In this document: piece by piece, positions 11,951 to 22,279 of the stretch
How positions within the stretch are numbered: position 1 is the stretch's first letter
Layout of the letters: the number at the start of each line of letters is the position of its first letter
Assembly: GCF_006345805.1 (NCBI RefSeq)
Contig: NW_021837025.1
Location: forward strand, 308,946-372,945
Length of the DNA stretch: 64,000 nucleotides
Direction: 5' to 3'
Source of the DNA: Octopus sinensis
Lineage: Eukaryota
Notes under the pieces: model-generated
The model's database searches: none
The model's input: the letters and a program-made list of their open reading frames with translations, nothing else
Told to the model about the DNA's origin: nothing
Position numbers and translations under genes: made by a program

Positions 11951-13231
11951 AGTTAGTTAGTTACCCCGGCTTCTCTAGCATGTAGGAAGCCGGCTGCAAT
12001 CAGGTAGCGGACAGCGGCGATCGGGCGCTCCCAGAGATCCCGAATCCCAATAGGTGGCGACTGGTGAGGCGGTCCAGGACAGGAAAAAGGTCTTCAGGGG
12101 CGAGGGTGCGGAGTGTTTCGAAAAAGAGTGGATGATGTCCTGAGCAAAATCGTGCAAGCTGGACACGGAAGTACCTGTCGAGTGATTGCTCTGAAGGATG
12201 GACTGGTGGCGGAGAAGAATCAAGGAGTTTGTTATTTTTAAGCATCCTGATAGCACGAGTTGAGATGTAATCGTGAATTAATTTCTTCCCAGTTTTCCCA
12301 ATTGTTCGTTAAGAGTATTTTTGAGAGAGGTCTGCATTGATCGGCTAGAGTAGTGATAATATGTCTTTTGTTTTCTGAGATAGAGATTTTGTGGAATGGA
12401 TGAGATATTTCTTGTATTTCGTAGAGGAATTGAAGTCCTCTCATCTCCAAGTGGTCTTCGAACGGAAGGATACAAGATTCCCAATGAAGATAATCGATGG
12501 GAGTGGAGGCTAGGCAGCCAGCTATTGTGCGGAGGCCTGAGTTTTGGATTCTTTGTAGTTTTTGGAGATTTGATAGAGAAAGGTTCTATGACCAAGCCGG
12601 ACTACCATAGTTCATTGATGATCTGACAAATTGTCTGTAGACCAGAGCGAGGCATTCTTTGGCTTGGCCATAAGATTGTCCTGATAAGGCACATAATGCG
12701 TTCAGCTTGCGTTTGACTTTGGTGGAAATGAACTTTACATGTTGCGTAAAAGAAAGGCATTGATCGAATACGATACCAAGGATTTTTGGGTGTTTTACAA
12801 CAGGAATTCTTTCACCGACCACATAGAGGGCTGGGTTTAAGTTGAATTGTCGTTTATCAGAGGTAAAAACAGTGATAGATGATTTGGATGCCGAAGGAGT
12901 CATATGGTTAGATGTTAGCCATTTGGTTAGGGAGTCAAGTTGAGTTTGGAGTGAGCTAGTCGCTGTGTTAATGATCTTGTGTCGGGAAGCAAACACAAGA
13001 TCGTCAGCGTAGGAGAGGAGTAGTGTTTCTGAGTTAGTTGGCATATCACTGAGGTGTAGGTTGAAAAGGGCTGGAGAAAGACAGGAGCCTTGAGGTACTC
13101 CATTAGGTAAGTAGCGAAACCGGGAGTTTTTTAACCCGAATTTGGTCTGAGCCAGTCTACCAGATAAGAAACTACACAGCCATATTTTCAGACGATGAGG
13201 GATAGGAGAAGAGCAGATTTTTGAGCTGAGG
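11951..13231 (-). mobile_element. 5'-truncated LINE (I/Ingi-Vingi-like) inserted only in the left arm
   Basis: RT motifs GVPQGSCLSPALFN, YADD and KILGIVFD; C-terminal LARF.SGHHP; (TAAC)n 3' tail. Perfect 7-bp TSD ACGAGTT at 11944-11950 and 13232-13238; the right arm has a single empty site (AACTCGT, 43200-43206). Confidence 0.92.
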
Positions 13232-13299
13232 ACGAGTTTCCACATTTTTTCATGATTTCTTTCTCTGTAAGAATTCTGTTTGTTGAAATTATTTTAAAA

Positions 13300-15070
13300 T
13301 TTAAATGCATATTATCATAGCAGTAGTAATTGATCTTCTATTGCCAAATGTCAGATTTAACACATATGTCGAATACTCTACCTATGGGCCTACTTATCGG
13401 AGAAACAACTATAAATACGGAAAGAGGCATAGGCTAGTCTGCCCGGGGGGATTTTAGCACACAGATAAATCGTCTCCATTCTGAGTCATCTAAAATCTCT
13501 GTTCTTCGTGCCATTATAGACTTGACAACATGCGAAGATCGTGGAAAGTGTGTATACTCCGTCGTTCAGTCAATAAAAACGCGCATGAACCGTGTGCCCA
13601 GAGGGGGATGGAACGCTATACGAGATGCATTTTTGGCTAAATTCGGGCAGAATAAATCTATTGCTAACCTACTCAGTCTGTCAAAAGAAAAGCAGACTAC
13701 GGAAAATAATGGCAATTCCTTAAACTTCCTTAGAGAATGTGAAAACGAGTTTTTTTATCAAAAAGGCTCTTTACAATTATTACATTGGATTGATAGACAT
13801 AGAACCTGATGAGTTTGAAGTAATTGACAGAGAAATTCGTCTACAACTTAATTCATATCACATACATTTGAGACATCCAAATTGTCAGAGGCTATATCTC
13901 CCTCGTGATACCTTAGAAGAAGATTGGAATCAATATCGATGAAGAGCGAAAGAATGTTACTGGAAGTCTATAATGACATAAAAAGAAAGTCGGTAGGCTG
14001 TCTGAAAAAGGCTGATATTCTGCGGACTGAAAATTTAATGAAAACCCATTTGGTCACCATCGCAGACTACTTAAAGCATAAATACACCAAATATAACAAT
14101 GAAATCAACATAAAAAATTTAAAGAAAATTCAACTCAAATACCTTCTTGATATAATCGAAACGAAAAGTTTACATTCATCACTTTGCAAATGCAACAAAA
14201 ACATTCATTCCGATATTAAAGAATCTTCTTTGTGGTTGCAGAAAGGCAATATAAGCCCAAGGAGTGAGGGTCTATATTGCTTACTGCAAGATAGAAATCT
14301 GTTCTGGTCAGAACGAGATGTAAATTGTCCCCACTGCAAATTGGCTAAGAAGTTAGTCGACCGAAATCGCCACACGAAGCAACAGAATGCTGAATTATGA
14401 GTACACGAAGAGACACAATGAAGTAGTAAGATGTTTGCACGTCCACTTATGTCGCCTTTTTGGATTAAAATCAACAAAAATGATAAAATCACACTCTGTC
14501 CAGTCTATCACATCAAACGATGTGTAGAAATCAGAGTGGACACTACGATAAAAACAGAACTAAAGATACAATTCAATAAACAAGATACAATTGTCTATGA
14601 CAAAAAAGAAAACATGATAACAATCATTGAAGTAGGAATTACATCGCAAGACAACTTGCAAAAGGTGGAAGTGAAAAAACTCCACAAATACGACCTACTT
14701 GCGAATGAGATCGTACTGCTACATAGTGCCAAAGTACAAATTGTACCAATTGTCTTGACGTGGAATGCAATTACAACTAAATTTTACCCGAAATATTGCC
14801 AAAAACTGAAGTTACCGGATAAAATTAAAACATACATACAGTCTGTTGTTCTCAGAGCAACCTACCAAAGTATGAACATAGAATAAAAATTTGGGCTTAT
14901 CAATAGCGTCGGAAAAGACACCACCGATATATTGTGTTTCGATACTATCGATACCTGCACTCCCAGAGCCAATATGTCCCAGAGCGGAAACAAGAGACAG
15001 AGATTGGAATGAGCAAATTAGTAACACTATACCTAAACTATCAAATAACTAAACTTAATAACTATCAAAT
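13300..15070 (+). mobile_element. Internally deleted R4/R2-type RLE non-LTR retrotransposon (RT core missing)
   Basis: Post-RT motif CQRLYLPR, then CPHC..YTKRHNEVVRCLH zinc-knuckle region and RLE motifs EIRVDTTIKT..IIEVGIT..KYDLLANE..VPIVLTW. No YADD-type RT between the 5' ORF and the thumb region; frameshifted. Confidence 0.8.
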
Positions 15071-15234
15071 AAATTGATTAAATTTTAAGAACAAAATTGT
15101 TCATTAAGTTATTTTTCGTATTTTTTATTTTTGATCAATAAATTTTTTGATAACTCAGTGAAATTGATTGACATAGCATTTTTTAAGACGTTATAAATTC
15201 CACATAACTTAAATTCTCCGTCCAATTGACTCAG

Positions 15235-16719
15235 ATGATTAAATTCTATGTTGGGTTCCCAAAAAGAAATCCTGAAATTCTCTGTGATACCTACAAAAAA
15301 GATGATAAAATAGACCAAATATTTGGGATTTCACTTGAATCAATAATTCAAAATGGAATCCTTCCTTCAAAATTATATGTATCACCAATTACTTATCCGA
15401 AGGGTATAATGCTTGATCTACACAGACGTGGTCCATTTAAAGAAGGAATCTTTCGGAAATCGGTCTCTCTGGTTGAACAAAACATTCTTGCTCAACAATT
15501 TTCAAAGTCAAATATAATCAATTTTGAAAAATACGACATCTTAGTTGTAGGTTCAGTCCTTAAAGTTAATTTTACTAATTATAAATAAGCAATATTTACG
15601 TTCTCTTCCTCGCTGTGTTCTGCTGACTAGTTTTTACAATAAATGGAAAAACGCTGTGCTTTTTAGCGAATCAGAAGACAAAATAAAAATATTTAAAAAG
15701 TATTTACTGGCCATGTATACTCCACAGAATTATTGAACAACTGCCTCCATCACATTACGTCATGCTCAAACATATAATTTGCCTCTTGCACAGAATTGAC
15801 GAATATTCTCACATCAACAAAATGGACTCATTGAATCTCTCAATTTGTATTTCTGCTTCCCTTTGGATTCCAAGAAAACACGCATCCAAAAAACTGTTGT
15901 TGACATCATGCAAAATTGTATATTTATTTGTTATGTGATTATAGATGGTGGAGTGCGTTGAATATATAATCAAAAACGCAGAATTACTTTTCGACGAAAG
16001 CATTCACACACTCTTCAAGTCAACCGATATGAAAATACAAAGTATTATAGACATTTATTAAATAAGATTTCGACCATTTTAATTTGAAAAAGTTCAATTC
16101 TTTCCAAAATATAAAAACAACAATTATAAACAGTGTAAAAAAGTCAAAAAGTCAAGAGCAGCTAAATCATACAGGGAGTTGTTCAATCGAGTTTTCCCTA
16201 GGTTTTTTTGGTTTCATGAAGTACGTCAGTCAATCAGTGGATATGTTTTATAAAAATGACTGCAAATGTGTTCGCTGTTCAAATAAAGATTTCAACTCTG
16301 ACTTTTACAGTCAGAGTCTTGGAGAGTCATCGAATAAAATAAATTCCGGAGTTTCTTCGGATTCGAAAAGCAATCAAAACTCTGATATGATTACTTCCTC
16401 GTCCAATTCTTCCTCCAACATTGAATCATTTGATAACTCACAATCTTCTGTGAGCAAATAAACAAACTGATTTTTTCAGATTTTTGAAACAATTTCACTA
16501 AATTTATCAAAGAAAATCAAAAAAATGAAATCAAGTATAGATCGAATCAGAAATAAAAAGAAAATCCCAATTATATTCCAAACTGTCACCACCAACCAAG
16601 GTTTAATTACAAAATTATTCCAAAAGCAGAAGAAGATGCCTCCGAGACACACATTAAAAGGTCAATCAGTGCTGCCTCAGAAAAAAGTCACTCAAGCGCT
16701 GAATCCGATAAGACATTGA
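15235..16719 (+). CDS. RhoGAP-domain protein (ARHGAP20-like), multi-exon; start uncertain
   Basis: IFGISLESI..LP..RGPFKEGIFRK (arginine finger), YLRSLPRCVL, LPPSHYVMLKHIICLLHRI..NKMDSLNLSICI, then a Ser-rich tail ending ALNPIRH*. Confidence 0.8.
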
Positions 16720-16928
16720 CCAACTTGTGACTTTTAATAATTAATTACAAGTTTTTTAATAAATATAATTCACCTCTGTTACAAATATCCAATTTTCTTT
16801 GGCTACCCACCAAAAAAACATTTAGTGATTAAAGCTTAAAAAATTATTAATCAAAGTTAGGCTAAAATTTCTTTTATAATAATTGTCATTTATAAATAAA
16901 TATTTAAATTAAACAAGATCACGTGGTG

Positions 16929-19061
16929 ATGTTATCGTTTAGAGAAAAGCCAAACTACACAATAACATTAGAAGACATTGAGAGTTCTCACAACTACAAC
17001 TTAGTATGGTCAGACGACAACCAAATAGCAATCTGCATGCGAGACAGAATCGTCACAATGGTGCTCATAATCATAACGTTAGAACTTTCTCGACAAAATA
17101 AGCAGCAAAAACTACGACGTGAGTCCTAAAAGAAGCATCATTCACATTCCATCAGACGAGTTCTCTTCCCAATCGATGTTTACCAGTGTCCTATTCTCTC
17201 CGTTTATGGCTAAATGTCGACACAGGTTTGTCGGAAATTTGTAGTTTAGGCCACATGTCTCTGCTCTCACATCTGAAGGGCATATTTTGCTTTATTGGTG
17301 GAATGCGGGCTGGGAATTGGTTTTTGTGTATTTGACAATGTTTAGGCTCAAGACTTGTTTAGTTCCTTATGGACCTTTCTAGAAGTGAATCGAGTCGGCA
17401 GGAATGTCGAATTGCTTAATTTGTTAAGAAATAATGATTTGATGTTTACAGGTTATTTATTCTTGTCAATTAAGCACTAATAATTATTACATATTTGTAC
17501 CCCACCTCAACCATTATGTACATACAGTTTATTATAAATTAATATTTTAAATTATAACTTAATACTATTATTTTATAAATTATTCAGACATGAGTTGGAG
17601 ATGTACAGACACCCAGTCCGAAAGCGAAACATTTGTCGCGGCCACAAGCAATGGAAGCATAGTCAAATTTACAATAACCACAAACCAGTCCCCCACCTGC
17701 CAGGTCAGTAGACTCTATCCAGGAGACCACCCCTTAAAGTACCCCACAAAACTGTCCTCCACAACCTCATCCCCCAATTTGGGAGGAGTCGTCGTATTTG
17801 GAGTCTCACTCGGGACTATTTATATACTCTCCCTTACTCAAGACGACTCTCCCAAGGCAGTCCTTAGTGTAGAATCATCCACCCTGATATCCTCCCTCCG
17901 CATTCTCGGGGGGAAGACCCTGGTGGTGGTGGCAGTAGGCATAAACACCATAAACGTACTCCACATTGAAGGGAGGTCTTTCACTCTCCTGTCCTCCAAA
18001 CATATTTCGAGCTACGATTTGACTGTGCCGTTTATTGGAGGTTTGTGGTGTCCAAAAAGTAGAGGATTCGACATTTTTGAGTCGACGGTGGTTTTTGCTG
18101 GGGATTCCGGTCAGCTGCATTTTGTTGAGTTGGGTGGAGAGTGTGAGGTCCGGAAATGTTTGTCACGGAAAGTGGTGAAAGGACTGGCTATTTCTCGTTC
18201 TGGTGCTTATTTGGTGATGCTCGTTGAGTTTGTTGTTGTTTAAGTGTAGATGTCCTGACAAGTTGTGTTACAAGAAACTGTTCCAATACAGTGTTGGTGT
18301 GTTGGGTGATGGGTAGATTATTATTTTGGAGTCATTTTCGACTGATTCTGTTCTTCGGGGACTTTGTTGTGGAAAAGGTTCGTCGCTTTTGAGTTATCAT
18401 GACTCGTTTGACTATATGAGGAGGCATATCAGGAGTGATGTTACTTTGGAATGTGATTTTGAGTATGATCCACGTGTTTTTAGGTGGTATCTTCAGTTAT
18501 ATGTGTTAGGATTCTTCTCAAACTGTACAGTTTACAAGTGAAGAACCCACATGAGACTGTATTTGTTTAAATATTTTATTATAATTAATTAATTATATTT
18601 AAAATTAAATAAATTTAAAGTAAAAATGATTATATATTAGCAGAAACGAATAGAAGATATCACGAGGAAAATTATAAAGGACTATTTAGTACGCCTGTTG
18701 TCTGTATTTGATGTAATTCGAGGTAGTATAACATGTATATGATAGAACATTCTTTTATTGCACTGAAAAAATTTATAAACGAAGGTAGTGGATTGATAGA
18801 GACATGTCCGATATGCCAAAATGGTTGGTAGTTGGGTACATTAGGTCAGTGATCGAGGACAGTGATGACTTGTTGTATGCTACGTGTGTATCTAAGCACG
18901 TCGTGTCTCGTTGTCCGCTTAGTCTACTTCCGTGTGGTCTGTTTGATTCACGACAGTGCAGTTTTTGTGAAGCAAAGTATTCGTGTTTGCAGGACATTAC
19001 TCCATTAAATCGATTTGTCAATGTTTATGATTGCATTTTCTGTGATTTGCGTTTAGTTTGA
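16929..19061 (+). CDS. GTF3C4: General transcription factor IIIC subunit 4 (TFIIIC90/tau-delta), multi-exon
   Basis: N-terminal NLVWSDDNQIAI (TFIIIC_delta-like), beta-propeller-like middle, and C-terminal zinc region ATCVSKHVVSRCPLS..C..CSFC..CIFCD as in zf-TFIIIC. Confidence 0.7.
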
Positions 19062-19559
19062 TTTTTATTTTGGTTTTATGGATTTTGTGCACAGGATTCT
19101 TAATTCAAAATTTTAGTTAATTTTAACATAAAAACTATTACTGAACATCGCTAAAAATTCTGAGCGTGGATGTTGGAGGAGAATGACAGTTTTCTAGGCA
19201 GATGAGTCGGCGGAATATAGCGATTCAGTTTTATTTAATCTTTTTGAGAAATTCTTACTAGAGAAAAAGTTTACTTTTAATGGTTCTTAGATAATTAGAA
19301 TGAGATTGTCGTATTCCTCACCGATAGAAACTGCCCCAGAATGCTCTATACGACCTTTATTTATTAAGATAGGAGCTGCGTTTTATAGAATTTTATTATA
19401 GCGTAATAAGTTAGATATAAAAGCTCGATACCGTCGAAAATGATATAAAGCTGGGGAACCAGTTGTGGAGGCTCAGAGAACGAAGTTCCGTGATTTGGTG
19501 GAGAATGAGCGGATCCGTCTGGAGGAGAAAAGGAAGAGGGTACTTTTGTCGAAGTAACT

Positions 19560-19723
19560 AAAAAAACCTGCGAAATAAGATCCCAGATGATGTCTGATGA
19601 TGTCCCTTCGGACATCTGATGTCCCTTCGGACATATACGTGATTTTGAAAGGATATCCACATTTTGCAGAAAATGCACTGCATCCTCCTTACTTATTGGA
19701 GCTGTCGGAATTTGATGTTGCAT
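19560..19723 (-). mobile_element. Possible Merlin/ISXO2-like transposase N-terminal relic
   Basis: SKEDAVHFLQNVDILSKSRICPKGHQM resembles Merlin N-termini; no DDE motif found. Confidence 0.3.
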
Positions 19724-20064
19724 AAGTCCACAACAGAATTTTCCATGTGACCTATAGTGCCAGTTTATATCAATATTAGGTACATGCTCGCCATAATATT
19801 AAAAAAATTAGAAAATAATTAGTAAAAAATTTAATAATATTTTAAATTATTGATAGAGCGACTTAAATAAAATATAATATATTCCACCTCAAAAATTATT
19901 AGATTTTTTAAAAGGCCTAAAAAAACTGCGACCACTTCGACAAAAGTACCAGGAAGAGTTGTAAGAAGCATAGAATTCTTAAGAAGGCGTCCCACGACGT
20001 GCCTTCTCGGGTTCCTGTTGCAAGGCACGCCTCTCTTCATTCAATTGTGGGCTAATCTTCATAT

Positions 20065-20400
20065 ATCAATATCTCAAATAAGTCAAAGGTTAGGTTGTGA
20101 GTTTAAATTTTTTAGATGGACAGATTGGTTTGTTTAATTTCTTTCAAATGAATAAATTACATGTTCTTTACAATATTCACAAAGTACAATTCATTTGTTC
20201 CAGTTGTCCTAATTTGTTCCAGTTCCACCTTTTTCTTTACAATATTCACAAAATAAAATTTATCAGTTTTCGATTTTCCACGATGGTAACAACTGTAGAA
20301 CGTCCAATTTATTCATTTTAAAGAAATTGAATAAACCCATCTATCCATCTAAAAAAATTTAAACTCACAACCTAACCTTTGACTTATTTGAGACATTAAT
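20065..20400. mobile_element. MITE-like element with ~95 bp imperfect terminal inverted repeats
   Basis: atcaatatctcaaataagtcaaaggttaggttgtgagtttaaatt.. is inverted at 20307-20400; internal direct repeat ttctttacaatattcacaaa occurs twice; no coding capacity; TSD not resolved. Confidence 0.75.
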
Positions 20401-20754
20401 TGATCGAGCAGCTTACAAATATGAAAATTATCACACAATTGATTCAAGGAATCCTAGAAGGCACGTTTTGAGACGCCTTTTTGAGAATTTTATGCTCCTT
20501 ACGACTCTTCTCCTCCAGAAGGATCCGCTTATCTTTGACAAAATCTCGGAAATTCTCTTTCTTCGCCTCCACAAACGCGTTTAAATAAAAGTCTGAAATG
20601 TTTTCGATCGAGAATAATCTAATTTTTGTTTCCAATCGGGATAATTCCTTATGCTTCTTATTTATCTGAGCTCTTTCTTTCAAAAAAATCCCCTCTCTTT
20701 TCTCCATTTATCAACAAGGCCCGCCAAACATGTGGCATTTTTCTTTACAAGTTT

Positions 20755-20868
20755 GACACGTGCCAATTAGTCGGCACCACATCTAGAATAGCCATAACCA
20801 TTAGAAGCCATTCCTCCTGCCATTTCGATTATGAATGCCATAGGATTGCACTCTTACAAAACTTCAGC
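20755..20868 (-). pseudogene. Fructose-1,6-bisphosphatase C-terminal pseudo-exon
   Basis: VL*ECNPMAFIIEMAGGMASNG then, after a frameshift, AILDVVPT, matching FBPase LLYECNPMAY..AGG..AVLDVIPT. In-frame TAA where Tyr is expected; preceded by an AG acceptor. Confidence 0.7.
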
Positions 20869-20944
20869 TAAAGCAACAAATGTATGCAGGCTTCGTCAAC
20901 AACCTTCAAAACTACTTTATCACTAAAAATTAGATTAGTAAATA

Positions 20945-21065
20945 CATGATGCGGATAGACCCTGGTGACGGAAAACGGGTCTACATTATTCTCGTTCAAG
21001 ATGGGACAAAATATGCTTCCTTGACCGACACTTGTTGCTTCGTCCCCCTGGCTTTCAAAATTAAT
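20945..21065 (+). mobile_element. Deleted CRE-like RLE fragment
   Basis: RIDPGDGKRV...KYASLTDTCCFVPLAF, two fused pieces of the CRE C-terminal domain. Confidence 0.55.
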
Positions 21066-21314
21066 TGTTGAAAATTTTATTCTTATTGACGTAAAGCTAT
21101 ATCTGCGAAATACCAATCAACACCACAAGCTTGCTATAGCTTCAACAAGCGCAAAAGAAATGAAAATAATCTGTTAAAAATCCACGAAAAAAACCATTGT
21201 GGGCATTTTGAATGCACTTTGAATTTATTGTAATGAAACGTAATTTGTCAAGTCGTAAATGAATGTAATATATTCAAGTAATAGAAATTCTGTTGATTAA
21301 AGTAAATCAACTAA

Positions 21315-21550
21315 CTATGACTCAAGGTGTATTAAGAGCCGCAGGGTCAGCTCTTTGACGCCGCGATGCGTATAGAATGGCAGTTTGCTGACAAAGCGCA
21401 TGACACTCGTCGACAGTAAAGATATGTCTAATATAATCTCCTCCACAAACTGCCGAGTAAGGAGTGGAGTGACCCTCGGACTGTCCACGTGCGGCTTAAT
21501 GTACCCATCCTCGCTCAAGTCCAAGACGTGGAAAACGTGACCATTGGTGA
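21315..21550 (-). pseudogene. ALKBH7: ALKBH7-like fragment, 5'-truncated and degenerate
   Basis: HVLDLSEDGYIKPHVDSPR|F...ISLLSTSVMRFV matches ALKBH7 HVLDL..GYIKPHVDS..SLLSPSVMRLV. An in-frame stop lies upstream with no acceptor; abuts the 3' end of an RTE element. Confidence 0.7.
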
Positions 21551-22279
21551 GGTAAGTTTAGTTATTTAAAATGTAGGACAGTGAGAATTATAAGTTTCGT
21601 TTGGAAAATTATGAAGATTCATTTTAAAAATACTATAAACGATACAGTTGAAAACAGAATTACGAGAATTATTATGCAATTCACGCGAAATCAAAAGCTT
21701 AGTTAATATTTCACTTTTGTCATGCGACTCAGGATACGCTCTGTTAGTCGTTTTCATCCTCTGCTGTTTCGTGCAAGATCTCTCAGGTCGTCCAGATCAT
21801 CTATCGAATTCAGTTTTCTTCCAATTGTTTTAAGTTACAGCGTAGCCGGCAATGTTGTTCTTTGTTGACCCCGATATTTTGTATTGTTTGATAAGTAAAA
21901 GTAAGATTGATGGCCTGATTAGCCGGAGTCATTTGCAATGTTCTTAAGATATGTCCAAATAGCTGCCACTTCATGGCCATCGCTTTATTTGCGATTTGAG
22001 ATGTATGAGTAATTCTGTACAGTTCTTCGTTGCTCATCTTTTTCGGCCATCGAACTCCTAATAGTTGTCTTAATTCTTGTCTGTGGAACGAGTTGAGCTA
22101 TTCCAGTTTTTTAGCGGATAGATCCGTACTTGCGCCTCATCCAGATTGTCCACATTTTTTTGAAAGAAGGAACAGCCAACACTTTCCTTCGAATAAAGTC
22201 CTCTGAATCCCTAAGGAGAGATTCAACTTTCTTGCACATTCTCCACTTCTCCTCGTTTTTCGTCGCGAGACTGGATATA

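Larger units (their letters stand above)
1..14722. repeat. Left arm of a large inverted duplication (outer end beyond or at window edge)
   Basis: ORFs recur in mirror image: 25..348(-) = 54731..55054(+), 5979..6515(-) = 48593..49129(+), 13924..14400(+) ~ 42081..42479(-). Bases 1-58 are the reverse complement of 55021-55078. Similarity ends at GAGATCGTACTGCTAC (14722). Confidence 0.97.
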
